A DNA stretch of 64,000 nt from NCBI RefSeq assembly GCF_006345805.1, contig NC_043009.1, positions 48,918,001-48,982,000 on the forward strand, read 5' to 3'. Shown here piece after piece: positions 39,572-54,055 of the stretch (position 1 is its first letter; every line of letters starts with the position of its first letter). The position numbers were made by a program, and so were the translations under genes. A model generated the notes under the pieces. The model made no database searches. It was not told where the DNA came from and saw only the letters and a program-made list of their open reading frames with translations. The DNA comes from Octopus sinensis (lineage: Eukaryota).

Positions 39572-39700
39572 AACATTCGCTAACATCAACGTACATCTGG
39601 TGCATATACAGACAATGCTCATTACTGAACATACTGCACACCAAACACCAGAAACAGCTGTAAAGGAATACCATATGTTCCACTATCTTATTAATGGATG

Positions 39701-40020
39701 GAAGCACTCCGTCGGTTACGACGATGAGAGTTCCGGTTGATCCGAATCAACGGAACAGCCTGCTCGTGAAATTAACGTGTAAGTGGCTGAGTACTCCACA
39801 GACACGTGTACCCTTAACGTAGTTCTCGGGGATATTCAGCGTGACACGGAGAGTGACAAGGCCGGCCCTTTGAAATACGGGTACAACAGAAACAGGAAGT
39901 AAGAGTGAGAGAAAGTTGTGGTGAAAGAGTACAGCAGGGATCACCACCATCCCCTGCCGGAGCCGCGTGGAGCTTTAGGTGTTTTCGCTCAATAAACACT
40001 CACAACGCCCGGTCTGGGAA
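39701..40020 (-). mobile_element. SINE family C (M2 + tail T2), head truncated
   Basis: rc: gagcgaaaacacctaaagctccacgcggctccggcagg...ccacaactttctctcactctt, then tail T2. Confidence 0.85.
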
Positions 40021-40793
40021 ATCTTATTAATAATACGTTTCACATATGAACTCTGGATTATTAGCAACGTATACTAAATAAAAAAAATATGAAGAACTAC
40101 TCTCTTTTATCTGTGACATTATAGCATAAAATTTCAAGTTATATATTCCTCTATGAAGAATTACTGAGAACTCTCGTTTTGCCGATCTTCCTGCTTTTTT
40201 TCTGCATAATATATCTATTTATCTACCTAACTATCTCTCTATCTATCTATCTATCTTTATACTAACTTCTGAATAGTTACTCTAGAAATGGTTCGGTGCC
40301 ATTAACAGCCGCCTGGTCATCTGTTTCTTTTTGTTGTTATTATTTCATTGTACTTCCAACCTAAACCTATTATTAATAACATCGACACCAGAATTTAATA
40401 GTTAAATAGTTTCTCAACATTAGAAGAATTAAAAGCAAAAGTTGATGTGAGTTAAAACTCCACAGAGTTTTCTTGCAGGTATGGTAATAGGCGAAGTTAT
40501 AATTAAATCTTTGGCGCGGGGGGGGAAGGTGTGGGTAAAAATAAATGAGAAAAAGCTTGCATGATAAGGCAGGCGTTTGGGAACTGTTTATCGAGAAAGA
40601 TATACACATAAATCAGTTGATTAAATTGATTATCTCTAGAGTCGGCATCTTAACGAAATGCCATCTATGGCCAATGAAAATAAGAGAACTGAGCTAGCTG
40701 AAGAAATAAATCGAATTATAATCATTCAAAAATATCTGTCTTAACATCTAACTTTGACAGACGGAAGCACTGTCTTAAAAATAACAGCCTACA

Positions 40794-40875
<82 letters not shown>

Positions 40876-41069
40876 ATTATATTATGTTATATTATATTAT
40901 ATTATATTATATTATATTATATTATATTATATTATATTATATATATTATATTATATATTGTATTATATTATAACATATTATATACACTGGGAGAGAGAGA
41001 GAAAGAGAGTGTGTGGGAAATATAATCTGCCAATCTTTTCAGTCTTTAAATCGACTTCTTTAATCACAG

Positions 41070-41149
<80 letters not shown>

Positions 41150-41812
41150 AATGTCTCACTACCGTTGTCTGTCTGTCTGTCTGTCTGTCAGTCTGTATCA
41201 ATTCATATATCACACATTTTCCTATCTTTATTTTTATCGCTATATCTTTACATCTCGCGCTCTTTCCTTTTTAATTCTTTCAATCTTTCGTTCTTTTTCT
41301 TTTCCTTCTTTTATATTAAATTCATGCGAATTTCTTTCTTTCTTTATCGTTTTCCTTTTTAATTCCTATTCTCTTTACCTTCTTCGTTTCCTTCAAAATT
41401 TGTCTTTCTTCATGAGTTAATCTGCTGATTTCTCTTCAACTCTTTTTGCTCTCTATGTCTGTCTTCTATTTCTTACTTTGGTACATAATCTTACTTCTCT
41501 CTCAGTGCAGTGCCTCTATCTACTGTTCCGTTTATTCGTCTTACTTTTTCTCTTCTCTTTCGATCTACTGTCATTCTCCCTCCTCCCATCTCTACGTATA
41601 CATCTTTCGGTATGTCTGTCTGTCTACGTATCTATCTCTCTATCTCTATCTATCTGATTATCTATCTGTCTGTTTGTCTGAATGTCTTTCTATATGCTGC
41701 CTATTTCTCTTTCATATACAGCACTATCTATGTATCTGCGTATGTATGTATGTATGTATGTATGTATGTATGTATGTATGTATGTATGTATGTATGTATG
41801 TATGTATGTATG

Positions 41813-41880
<68 letters not shown>

Positions 41881-41885
41881 AATCA

Positions 41886-42506
41886 ATGGACACGCATCTA
41901 GACTATGTGGGGAGAGACAAAAACAGAAGGGGATGCAAATGCCTCAGAGACCTGCTCAGACGATTCCAACTGTCTGACAGGTACCGACTCGACCACCCAA
42001 ATGCACCAACGTGGACATGGAGCAACCGCAGTGGGTCGTCGAGATCGTATCTAGATAGGATACTGTGTAGGACAGTAGACAGGGATAACTTAGGATGTCC
42101 ACAATTCCACACAGTCAGCTACACGGATCACAAATTCGTGACGTGTACGCTAGACTTAGATAAGGCACATAGACAGGGTCCTGTTTACTGGAAATTGAAC
42201 GCATCTTTCTCGTCCAGACAGATTTTCAGAGACAGAATCAACACGTTAGTAAAAAGGGCTTTAACGGGAGCCATTGTCAACAACAAATGGTGGTTCGCCC
42301 TCAAGAGAGCAGTAAAAGCGGAAGCAATTAGATATAGCCAGGCACTAGCCGTAGATAGAAATAGAGTGGAGGGTGAGTTAGTTAAGAAGTTAGAAGAGGC
42401 AATAAGAAGCGGCATCACATCCGACGTTTTAGCGGTGAGGTTGGCCCTTGACCAACACCCCAACGCCAAACACGAAGGGTGTGCTGTCAGGGCTAGAATG
42501 CGTGCT
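41886..42506 (+). mobile_element. L1/Tx1-clade LINE ORF2 fragment (APE endonuclease C-terminus and linker), stop-free
   Basis: LSDRYRLDHPNAPTWTWSN...SYLDRIL...SYTDHK...YWKLN, 207 open codons, truncated at both ends. Confidence 0.85.
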
Positions 42507-42509
42507 ATA

Positions 42510-42691
42510 CATATATATACGTATATACGACAGGCTTCTTTCCGTTTCCGTCTACCAAATCCACTCGCAAGGCTTTGGTCGGCCCGAGGCTATAGCAGAA
42601 GACTTTTGCCCAAGATGCCACGCAGTGGAATTGAACCCGGAATCATGTGGTTGGTAAGCAAGCTACGTACGACACAGTCACTCCTGCGCCT
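42510..42691 (-). mobile_element. SINE family A 5' half
   Basis: tatacgacaggcttctttccgtttccgtctaccaaatcc...cactcctgcgcct. Confidence 0.85.
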
Positions 42692-42859
42692 AGTGTATTT
42701 TTCATTTTATTTATATATACATACACGCACATACAAACACATATACATAAAGATGGGAATGGTTAGTTCTGGAGAAACTTTGATCAATGTTCTGCTTAAT
42801 CAGAGATGGTCTACCACTAACCAACAACATAACGTAAAAAAGCATCAATATATCAATAT

Positions 42860-45730
42860 ATCCACCACCACCACCACCACCACCACCACCATCACCACAA
42901 CCCGCCATAAGTCAAACAATTTCTATTACCACAGTTCAATCTACCAATATCAAAACTACCTCAACTACATTGGCAACCATCACAACCACTATCATGATCA
43001 TCATGATCATCATGATCATCATCATCATCATCATCATGGCCATCCATCAGTACCACCATCATCCACTCCCCTTTTCTTACTCCTCTTCTTCAACATCCTC
43101 ATCGTCATCCGTCAACATCACAATCACCATTTCGTTCACCCTCCTCTTCCTCACCATCATCCTCACCATCACCACCACCACCACCACCACCATCATCATC
43201 AACACCACCACCACCATCATCATCATCATCAACACCATCATCTTCATCATCCTCACCAGCACCATCATCTTCATCATCCTCACCACCACCACCACCACCA
43301 CTAACATCATCATTCTCATCATCATCATCAGCAGCAGCAGCAGTGTAACCGCCAATACCGCGAACATCATCTGCACCGTCACCATCACCAACGTATACTG
43401 CCAACACCACCACCACCGCCATCAGCTACGCCACCACAACCACCGCCGCCGCCGCCGCTACCACCACCACCGTTATTATGAATTTCACTAGTACCAGATC
43501 AGCTCTTATATTAATAACAATACTTATTTCTTTATTACCCACAAGGGGTTAAACATAGAAGGGACAAACAAGGACAGACATAGGTATTAAGTCGAATACA
43601 TCGACCCCAGTGCGTAACTGGTACTTAATTTTTCGACCCCGAAAGGATGAAAGTTAAAGTCGACCTCGGCGGAATTTGAACTCACAACGTAACGGCAGAC
43701 GAAAATACTGTCACTTCAATCACAGCCACCAAAACCCTCAGCTCACCTCGGCAATAGGAATAAAAGGACCATCTCTATTGCTGCTAGCACCATCGCCAAA
43801 ATGTTTTACCAAACGTTGTTTTACCAAATGTTGTTTTACGCCAACGTCGTCATCATCATCATCGACAACATCATCACCATCACTACCGCAGCACTACCAT
43901 CACCACCATCACCACCACCACCACCACCACCACCACCACCGCTACTACCACCACCAGCACCACCATCGCCGCCGTCGCCAGCGCCACCGTCGTCATGGTT
44001 ATCGTCATCATCGTATTCATCATTATACTCATCGTATTCATAACCACCACCACTATCATCATCATCATCACCACCACCACCACCACCAGTAACAACAATA
44101 TCATGACGACTACCACCAATGCTACCACCACCGCCGCTGCCACCACCACTACCGCCACCGCCGTCTCCGCCTCCACCTCTGCCACCACAACCACTACCAC
44201 CACCACCACCAAATCCACCACCACCACCACCATCATCATCATGAGCCTCATCATACTGATGGTCATTAAGTCCGACACCCTAAACATAAATACCGTTATA
44301 TCAAAACCACCAGCGTCGTTACGATCCTTCAGAAATGCCGTCACCACCAAAACCAACTCCAAAACGACTACAACAAGCACTAATAACTGCAACACCAACA
44401 CGAAGATCCGTACCAAAACAATCACTCCCACCGCAACCACTGCTACGTCAACATTACAACCATCACGACCAAAGCCAAAACGATACAACCAGCGTTATCA
44501 CGACCACCATTGCTACAATTCCTGTAACAACGAAAACAACATCAAAAATAATAATAACAATAACAACAACAACAACAACAGCTAATACAACTGATCAATA
44601 ATAAATGTAAGAGAGATTTCTACTGGCGAGGAAGCTGGTTAATTTTCTCAGCACACAATACAATCTTTTCCAAAATGATTTATGAACCAAATGACTAATA
44701 ATGCAACCGCAAAAACACGGAGGGGAGAAACCAGCGTACAAGAGTGCGATTATTGAGTTGAATCGTTGCAGTTTTCTAATAAGAAACTATATGATTCCAT
44801 CAGCTCGTACAATGCCGATACGATTCTTCGATATACTTAACTTGTATACTCGTTTTTACTTTCACCCTAGTTTCATTTTCTTGTTCCATCTCCTAGATAG
44901 ATTTGGGATCCATTTTATTACTTATTCTTCTTACGCAATCAAACTGAGGAAATATACGCCATGAAAATGTATGCGCATGTGCGAAAGGAGAAACGTCTAT
45001 GAAATTAACTGACGTGGTAAAAATAACAAGCATGTCTTATTAATTGAAACTCTCCTCGCTCGTAACTTAAAATAAACGAAATCTCTTTTGGAAAATATCT
45101 TCGCTAGGCGGGCTTTGATTGAATATTAAACGGGATGGTCAGAGATGGAATGATTTTTAGTATTGGTGTGGGTGTGATTGATTTAGATCGATGAAGACGC
45201 GCTGGCCTTGTGGTTAGGATATTGCACTCGTGATTAGAAAATCGTGGTTTCGATTCTAGAACAAGTGGTTGCATTGTGCTCAAGAAAAAAAGAAAAAGAA
45301 AAAAGCTTTATTTCTCATTGGTTTAACTCTGTTTACAGCCCACCGTTCCGTTCCGGTAGTATGTTGTGATCTCGGTCACCTATACGCCATGGAAACTGTC
45401 GTCATCATCATCATCGTCGTCATCATCATCATCGTCGTCGTCGTCGTCATAATCACCACCACTACCACCATCATGATGATCATCATCATTATCTTCACCA
45501 TAACCATCACCATCTCATTACCGTCATGATAACCATCACCATCTCATTACCGTCATGATGATCAGCATGATGATAATGATGATCATCATCTTCGCCAGCA
45601 GCAGTAGCAGCAGCATTACTTCATCATCATCATCATCTTCACCAGCAGCAGCATTATCGCAACAACCACCACTACCACCAGCACCGCTACCACCATCATC
45701 ATCATCATCATCATCATCATCATATCATTA
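42860..45730. repeat. Degenerate (CAC/CAT/AAC)n low-complexity fields (42860-43480, 43840-44580, 45395-45730)
   Basis: Directly visible. These are the source of the His-, Thr- and Val-rich pseudo-ORFs. Confidence 0.85.
43521..43710 (-). mobile_element. SINE family B with linker tail, head truncated
   Basis: tatttctttattacccacaagggg...ggaatttgaactcacaacgtaacggcagacgaaatac. Confidence 0.9.
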
Positions 45731-46084
45731 TCACCTTTCATCATCACCCGACGAGCCCTAGGAGTCGCAACAGGATACATACCTACTGATCGATCATAGC
45801 TAGGTTGTCAGTTAAACAATAATACCAAGAGCAACAACACTCACACTGTTTCAATCGACACTTCAATCGGACTTCCGGTTCAAATCCCGGTAGTTCTTAT
45901 ACTGACGTAGATATTTTAGCGAGCACAGAATACTGTTACTAATCCTCTTGTACCTAACTCCGATTAAACCGTTAAAAGAAAACAAAACAAAAGGAAAGAA
46001 AGAAAGGAAATGAGGAAGGAAGGAAGGAAGGAAGAAGGAAAGAAAGTAGGAAAGAAAGGAAAATATACAGGCATGATTGTTGAG

Positions 46085-46305
46085 GCGCAGGTATGGATGT
46101 ATGGGGGCAAAATGCTCTGCGGTATTTCGTCTGCCGTTACGTTGTGAGTTCAAACTCCGCCGAGGTCGACTTTGCCTTTCATCCTTTCGGGATCGATAAA
46201 TTAAGCACCAGTTACGCATTGGGGTCGATGTGATCGACTTAATACCTATGGCTGTCTTTGTTTGTCCCCTCTATGTTTAGCCCCTTGTGGGTAATAAAGA
46301 AATAG
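46085..46305 (+). mobile_element. SINE family B with linker tail
   Basis: gcggtatttcgtctgccgttacgttgtgagttcaaactccgccgagg...cccttgtgggtaataaagaaatag. Confidence 0.88.
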
Positions 46306-46525
46306 ATATTGATGTATGGATACGGAGATCGCTTCGCAACTGCATGGTTTCGCGTTCAGGCCACTACGTGACACCATGGACATACGTCTTCCATTGAAGC
46401 CACGGGACGACAAATGTCTCACGACTGAATTCTTTAGACGGGAACTGTGTGGAAGTCCATATCCTGTATATATGAATGTGTGAGTATGTGTGTGACTGAA
46501 TACGTGTGTGTGTGTGCTTGCGTAT

Positions 46526-46582
<57 letters not shown>

Positions 46583-47557
46583 TGTGTGATTAAGTCAATA
46601 GATGTGACTTGAGGATGATTTCGTTATGTCTAGCAGGTCAAACGATCGCGCAGTCTCCCTCGCCCACTTGGGTTTTATTTATGGTACACTAATCTTGTCA
46701 CTCCGTTTAACATCACCTTTAGCGGGATCTCTTCTCCGGCAGCCGTTCAGGGGTATATCCTCTAATCTAGGATGATCTCCTCTCGAGACATTACCCTTTC
46801 ACCATTCACTATGCTATTAAAATAAAAAGCTAGACGAAGAATAAGACACCCCTGCAGAGGATCCCAGGACTGTAGTAGGAGAAACATACCCAATATGCAA
46901 CGTAACAGAACTGAAGCCACAAACAGGTGGTTGAGAAGGAAGCTTCTCACCACACAGCCTCACATTATTTTCAAGTTATGAATTGAGAAAAAGACTTTTC
47001 TTCCAATATTAGCAATTAGAATGATCTCATAGTGGGATCCTCGCTTCCCGACTCGATCGGTGGTTTTTATTTTATTTATTTATTTATTTATTTATTTTTG
47101 TTTTGCGCATCAATATAAATTTTGAGAATATCTTTTACACACTTCTTGTTGGCTTATTATATACAGGGTATATTTATTTGTTTAAAATATTATTGGTATT
47201 TTGTTATGATATCCGCCCTGGACACGCAATACTATGCTGAAATGAAGCGTTTTCAAGCCGAGATCAATTTGTAATTTATTATCAGACGTGTGAATAATTC
47301 TTATTCCAAATCGTAACCACGTCGTTTATCTACAATGTCACCTATTTACAACTAAGTGGACTGGGCCAATAACAGCTAAATGAAACCACTGACGAAGACA
47401 TATTTCCGTAGAATCGGCAGGATATTAATAATAACCATCCCTGCAGATAGGCCGCTGACATCTCTCTATTTAATTAACTATCATATATAAAGCATAAATA
47501 CATATTTATCGTAGACGCATCTGTATAGAATCATATGTAAAGATACAATATATATAC

Positions 47558-47614
<57 letters not shown>

Positions 47615-48011
47615 TATATTATATATGTATAAACATACACACATACACATATTTATATTTATTTCAATATATATATAAACATATGTATTTATGTATGTAT
47701 ACGTAGGTGATACAAGCGGTAACAGGCGTAGGAAATGTATCTATATAAAAAGTTGCATATTCAAATTATATGACATAATGAAGACTTGATTGGATAATAG
47801 AATTTCGAGACGCAATCTTTCATATATAAATACACTCCTCATTCCTCTTATTGTTCGTCTCTCTTTCTACTTCCATACTCGCTGGTTGATCATCTTCTAC
47901 GTCTACACTATGCAGCGCTGATGATGGTTTATATTCAGATTCTTCTGAACACTACTTGTTGACAATCTATGTTACGCTTACATAAGAATTTTATAACCTA
48001 TTCTTTATATA

Positions 48012-48047
<36 letters not shown>

Positions 48048-48206
48048 TGTATGTATGTATGTATGTATGTATGTATGTATGTATGCATGCATAAATGTAT
48101 GTATATATATATGTGTGTGTATATATATTTAATTAACTATAATATATAAAGCATAAATACATATTTATCGGAGATGCATCCATATAAATCATATGTATAG
48201 ATGTAA

Positions 48207-48239
<33 letters not shown>

Positions 48240-48241
48240 CG

Positions 48242-48273
<32 letters not shown>

Positions 48274-48314
48274 CATACACACAAATAGATAGATAGATAG
48301 ATACGTATATACTA

Positions 48315-48528
48315 TTTACTCTTTACTCTTTTATTTGTTTCAGTCATTTGGCTGCGGCCATGCTGGAGCACCGCCTTTAGTCGAGCAAATCGACCCCAGG
48401 ACTTATTCTTTGTAAGCGTAGTACTTATTCTATTGGTCTCTTTTGCCGAACCGCTAAGTTACGGGGACGTAAACACACCATCAGCGGTTATCAAGCGATG
48501 TTGGTGGACAGACACAGACACAGACGCG

Positions 48529-48586
<58 letters not shown>

Positions 48587-48749
48587 CGACGGGCTTATTT
48601 CAGTTTCAGTCTACCAAATCCACCCACAAAGCTTTGGTCGGCCCGAGGGTATAGTAGAAGGCAACTGTCCAAGGTGCCACGCAGTGGGTCTCACCCGGAA
48701 CCATGAGGTTGGTAAGCAAGCTACTTAGCACACAGTTACTCCTGCGCCT
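48315..48749 (-). mobile_element. SINE family A (left arm of a head-to-head pair)
   Basis: Full-length and colinear with 37578-37974. Confidence 0.9.
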
Positions 48750-48764
48750 ATATATATATATATA

Positions 48765-48923
48765 GGGACAGGCGTGGCTGTGTGGTAAGGTTCTTGCTTT
48801 CCAGCCGCATGGTTCCGGGTTCAGTCGCCGCGTGGCAACTTGAACAAGTATCTTCTACCAAGGCCTCAGTCCGACCTTAGGTTTGTAAATGGATTTGCTA
48901 CATGGAAACTGTCGTATATATAT

Positions 48924-48954
<31 letters not shown>

Positions 48955-49174
48955 GTGTGTGTGGTGTGTGTGTGTGTGTGTTTGTGCCTTTGTGTGTCCC
49001 ACATCACCGCTTGATAACCGGTGTTGTGTTTACATCTCTGTATCTTAGTAGTTCGGTAAAAGAGGCCGATAGCATAGGTACAAGGCTTTAAAAATAATTT
49101 CTGCTAAAACACTTCAAGTCGGTGCTCCAGCATGGCCGCAGTCAAATCACTGAAACAGGTAAAAGAATAAAAGA

Positions 49175-49175
<1 letters not shown>
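48765..49175 (+). mobile_element. SINE family A (right arm of a head-to-head pair), more diverged
   Basis: Head ggcgtggctgtgtggtaagg; tail ggtgctccagcatggccgcagtcaaatcactgaaacaggtaaaag. Confidence 0.85.
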
Positions 49176-49210
<35 letters not shown>

Positions 49211-51106
49211 ATACATAAAATCAGGAAGTGTGACAAGTGATGACCGATAAATTTTTTCATATAAGCTCCATCTAATTACGTACGTTTCATAGCCTAATTC
49301 ACGTAACATTAATTTCAGTGTGCAAAACAAATTGTGCGTACATTTATGTACCAACATGCATGCTAGGCATTATACACTACATTCTATATTCACAAATTGA
49401 TGTAAATAAAGAGAGCTAACTCATCCTATGCATATTTATGCACCTATGTACGACTGCATAAATAAATAAACATGTATATGAATATATATCAGTCTATGTA
49501 TGTATATAACGGGAAGCTTTATGAAAATAAACAAAAGACGGAGACAGGTGGAATACAAACAAACAATTGTATTAGTATGGCGCTCAGAAATATATGTATG
49601 TATGTATATATGAATGTATCTTTTTATGCATGCATGTCTAAATGTATATATGCATGTATGTATATATGTACATATGTCTACATATGTGTGTGTATGTGTG
49701 TGCGTGTAGTGTACTGTTACCTGATCGTAAGATCAACAAAAAAGTACCCCATTGGTTAGAGATAAATATTATTTAATAAACGCAATATATATTTATATAT
49801 ATATATACATGTGTGTGTTTGTGTGTGAGTGTGTATGTGTGTGTGCGTGTGTGTATGTATATATGTATGTAACGTGTTGCCTCACTGTTATCCACATTCC
49901 AGTAACGGTCCATTGTTTTCTTGTTAGAAACCAGCTCCTACCTTGTAGAAAGGATTCAATTAATTGAAAAGAAGTAGAAACTATTCACACATACGGGATG
50001 GCAGTGGAATCTCTATGGAAAGTAATCATTTTCTGCACTATCGTCCTCTTACCATTTAAGATGATGTGTCCTTTTGACTCGGGTTCCCATGCTGGTGAAG
50101 ACATACATTAATATGGCAAGACCATGACGTTAACATTTAGACATCGAAAGCACTCTTGCAGTGGACGCAGGCATATACATACAAATACGTGAATACATAC
50201 AGGCGTTTCTATGAGTGTGTTTGTGTCTATGTAAGTGTGTGCATACACAAATGGATACGTAGCGATACGAATATAATCACATACGCGGATACGTAGATAA
50301 TGTTATCGTCTGGCGTGAGCACATACATCCACAGAAAGACATACACACACCAGAAGAATTATACCCAAACTCCCAAAAGAACGTCAAATCATGACAGTTA
50401 ATTAATTAAATAATTAATAAATTAATTAATGCTAACTATTAGCCTATCACAGAGATCCTCGTATCTAATTAACGTTACATATAATTTCGCTGGTAATTTT
50501 CTCAACGAAAGTGAAAGTGAAACTAGAATGATATAGAAATCACCAAGAACAAAAAAAGAAAAAAGAAAAAAGAAAAAAGAAAAGAACACCTACATATGAC
50601 GCACGAATCGATTCGAATACATAATAAAACACAAAGGAAATAACTCCCAAGATTCATAGCGTAATTTGCAGGTAATAGGAAACAAGATCGCGCGACCAAG
50701 AAACACATCAGCAAGATATAAAATATATATTCAAGAGAGAACATTAAATATCTTCCCTCTTACATCTCTTAATCATCTCTGCTAACTTTTCATCGCGTTC
50801 CATTTCATTTATTTATCTATTTTATAATTATTTTATGGAATTTTTTGTTATTTTGCCTTCATTCCTTCATTTACTTCTAGTTGTGTTTCGTGGATTTGAT
50901 TTAATAATTTTTGCTTTGTTTTGTTGTTGTTGTTGTATGAATATGTGCATGAGTGTTTATGTATGTGTGTGTGTGTGTGTGTGAGTGTATGCACGTGTGT
51001 ATGTTGTGATACTTTTTAGTATTTTTTTTTTCGTTTTAGTTTTCATTTCTGCTTTTGTCAAGGTATTTTGTAACTGCAGTTACTTATGGTGTGTATGTTC
51101 GCAAGT

Positions 51107-51177
<71 letters not shown>

Positions 51178-51194
51178 GACTTACATATCTATCT

Positions 51195-51297
<103 letters not shown>

Positions 51298-51554
51298 GCA
51301 TGCAGACGCACATACATACATACATACACTATAGAGAGAGAGAAAGAGAGGAGAGAGAGACGAAGAGAGACAAACAGATTGATACACAGGTATATATGCG
51401 CATATCTAAGCATATATATATATAAATATGTATATATAAGTATATGTATAAGTATGTATGTATATCTATCTATTCCTCTATATATATATATATCTATATC
51501 TGTATATATCTGTCTATCTTCCTCTCTCTATATATGTACAAACAGATATATACA

Positions 51555-51621
<67 letters not shown>

Positions 51622-51859
51622 ACATACATACATAGACACACATACATGCACACTTAGAATTATTCCTTTCATATTACATACATGCAGAGATAGATCTACA
51701 TGCTTTAGTTTATACATCTGTGTATATATATGTGTAAGTATATGTGGGAATGTATATGCTTGTAAGTGTATATGTGTGTGTATGCGTGTGTTATGAGCAA
51801 TATTAAATTGCATTCAAGTTAAGTAACACATATAAAATACAAATGATTTCAGTTAAATT

Positions 51860-51893
<34 letters not shown>

Positions 51894-52050
51894 CATTCAT
51901 GTGAATGTGTATACCTGTGAACGCGTTTGACTATGCATGTGTGTATGACTGTACATATGCTTGCACATGCACACATGTATATTTGTATGCGTCTTTAAAC
52001 ATTCCATTACAATGAATATATATATATATATAAGTGTGTGTGTATGTATG

Positions 52051-52142
<92 letters not shown>

Positions 52143-53235
52143 TATGTATATTGATATACATGTATATATATATATATGAATATATATACATAATATACAT
52201 ACATGCATATATGTAATGTGTTTGTGTGTGTGTATGTACAAATGTATATGTGTATGTATTAAACTATTATATATGCGTATGCGTGTGTTAAAGTGTGTAT
52301 GAATGTATATGCATGCATATGTGTGAGACACGAGTAATTATTTAGGAAATTGTGGCTTTCGTGTCTCTGTATTGTATGGCATTAATTATTATATATCATG
52401 GTGTGCTATTTTCTTAAAATTTCAATGATCATTGATTTTTCACGCATAAACATTAGGCTGTTATCAGTGTACACATCTCCTCTCATTTCCATTCATAACG
52501 AAGCTCATTGTTCATTATATCCTTGTATATTTTGTGTAACTGTGTAGTTATGTGTTGAGATCGCTGCGTAGTTGTTTCGTTATGTAGTTGTGTTGCTGTT
52601 TGGTTATGTCGTTATATAGAAGCGGAGTTATGTCGTTGGGTGGCTGTGTGCAGTTATGTAGTTATGTAGCTATGTCGTTGTGCAGTTATTCCATGTAATT
52701 CCTTCTTCGTGAGGAATTAGACGTAAAAGACTCTGGAGACCCGCTAAAGCTTTCACAATTTTAGAATAAAATTAAGTTATGCACCATTTATAAGAATTCT
52801 CTTGAGGAGGAAATAATATTGAGAAGAGTAAGAATGAGAAGATGCAGAGGAGGAATTTTTCAAGCGTGGGAGGGAGAGAGACAACGGCTGAAAGATGACA
52901 TAGAGAGGGTAAAAGAACTTAAAGACAAGAAACAGATATCGTTTTGAAAAGTCCTTCATTCTACAATGTTCATCCGTATTTTCTAAAGAAATATTAGAAC
53001 GAACAGTTTGTTATTGCCAGTAAAAATCTAACACGGGGTATGCTTGAGGGGATTTAGTTAGTAAAGGAATATTTATTGAAATTCTTCAATAATTTTGTGT
53101 GTCTTGACGAAAGCGAATGCAGACGTTTCGATCTAGTTCATTCATCAAAGCCTCTTCGCGACTAATATTAATATTTATATTATTCCATTCACAGACTTCA
53201 GTGGTGTACCATCACCGTAGATAAATTATATATAT

Positions 53236-53386
53236 CATCATCATCATCATCATCGTTTAACGTCCGTTCTCCATGCTAGCATGGGTTGGACGGTTCGACC
53301 GGGGATCTGGGAAGCCAGAAGGCTGCACCAGGCTCCGGTCTTATCTGGCAATGTTTCTACAGCTTGATGCCCTTCCTAACGCCAAT
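53236..53386 (-). mobile_element. 3' end of a retroposon with a (GAT)n tail (RTE-type tail, inferred)
   Basis: rc ttggcgttaggaagggcatcaagctgtagaaac...aacccatgctagcatggagaacggacgttaaac(gat)n. Confidence 0.65.
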
Positions 53387-53399
53387 ATATATATAAGTA

Positions 53400-53760
53400 G
53401 TGGGCAGCATTATAGCCATGTGTTGACGGGATTTCTTTGGGATATGAATAATTCACTTCTGGAAACATGGGTATTTCGTTCAACATCCTTAAACAACCCT
53501 TAATTGAGGTGCCTTTTGAGCAGGATGGGTTACTCGACTTGAAGAAAATTCTAACCGGGCCACGCGCTGTTTATCTTGATAAAAGATCACCACGTCGCGC
53601 AGATATTGTTGTGATGCATGTGCTTGATGTAACTTTATGATATGGGTACTCATGATGGGTATACTAGGCTTCGTATATTTGTACCCCAGTGTCACTTTGA
53701 TGGCAAGCACTGCTCTATCCCATACTACAACTACTACTACTACTAATAATAATAATAATA
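53400..53760 (+). mobile_element. Unclassified interspersed repeat with an (AAT)n-like tail, 5'-truncated copy
   Basis: Homologous to 54056-54590 (gaagaaaattctaac, catgatgggtatact.ggcttcgtatattt, cactttgatggca.gcactgctct). Confidence 0.7.
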
Positions 53761-53958
53761 AGAAGAAGAACAACAACAACAACAACAACAACAACAGCAA
53801 CAACAATAACAATAACAAGAACTATAACAATAACAATAACAATAATAATAATAACAATAACAATAACAATACAATAACATAACAATAAAAATAACAATAA
53901 CAATAAAAATAACAATAACAATAAAAACAATAAAAACAACAACAACAACAACAACAAC

Positions 53959-53994
<36 letters not shown>

Positions 53995-54055
53995 ACAATA
54001 ACAACAACAGCAAAAACAACAACAACAACACCAACACTAATAATAATAAAAATAA

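Noticed and set aside
43995-44585. Thr-rich mucin-like ORF
   Set aside because: It lies within a degenerate CAC/AAC field, with no signal peptide or recognisable domain.
53118-53152. Minus-strand UUGAUGA...CGAAACGUC
   Set aside because: Neither stem I nor stem II pairs convincingly.
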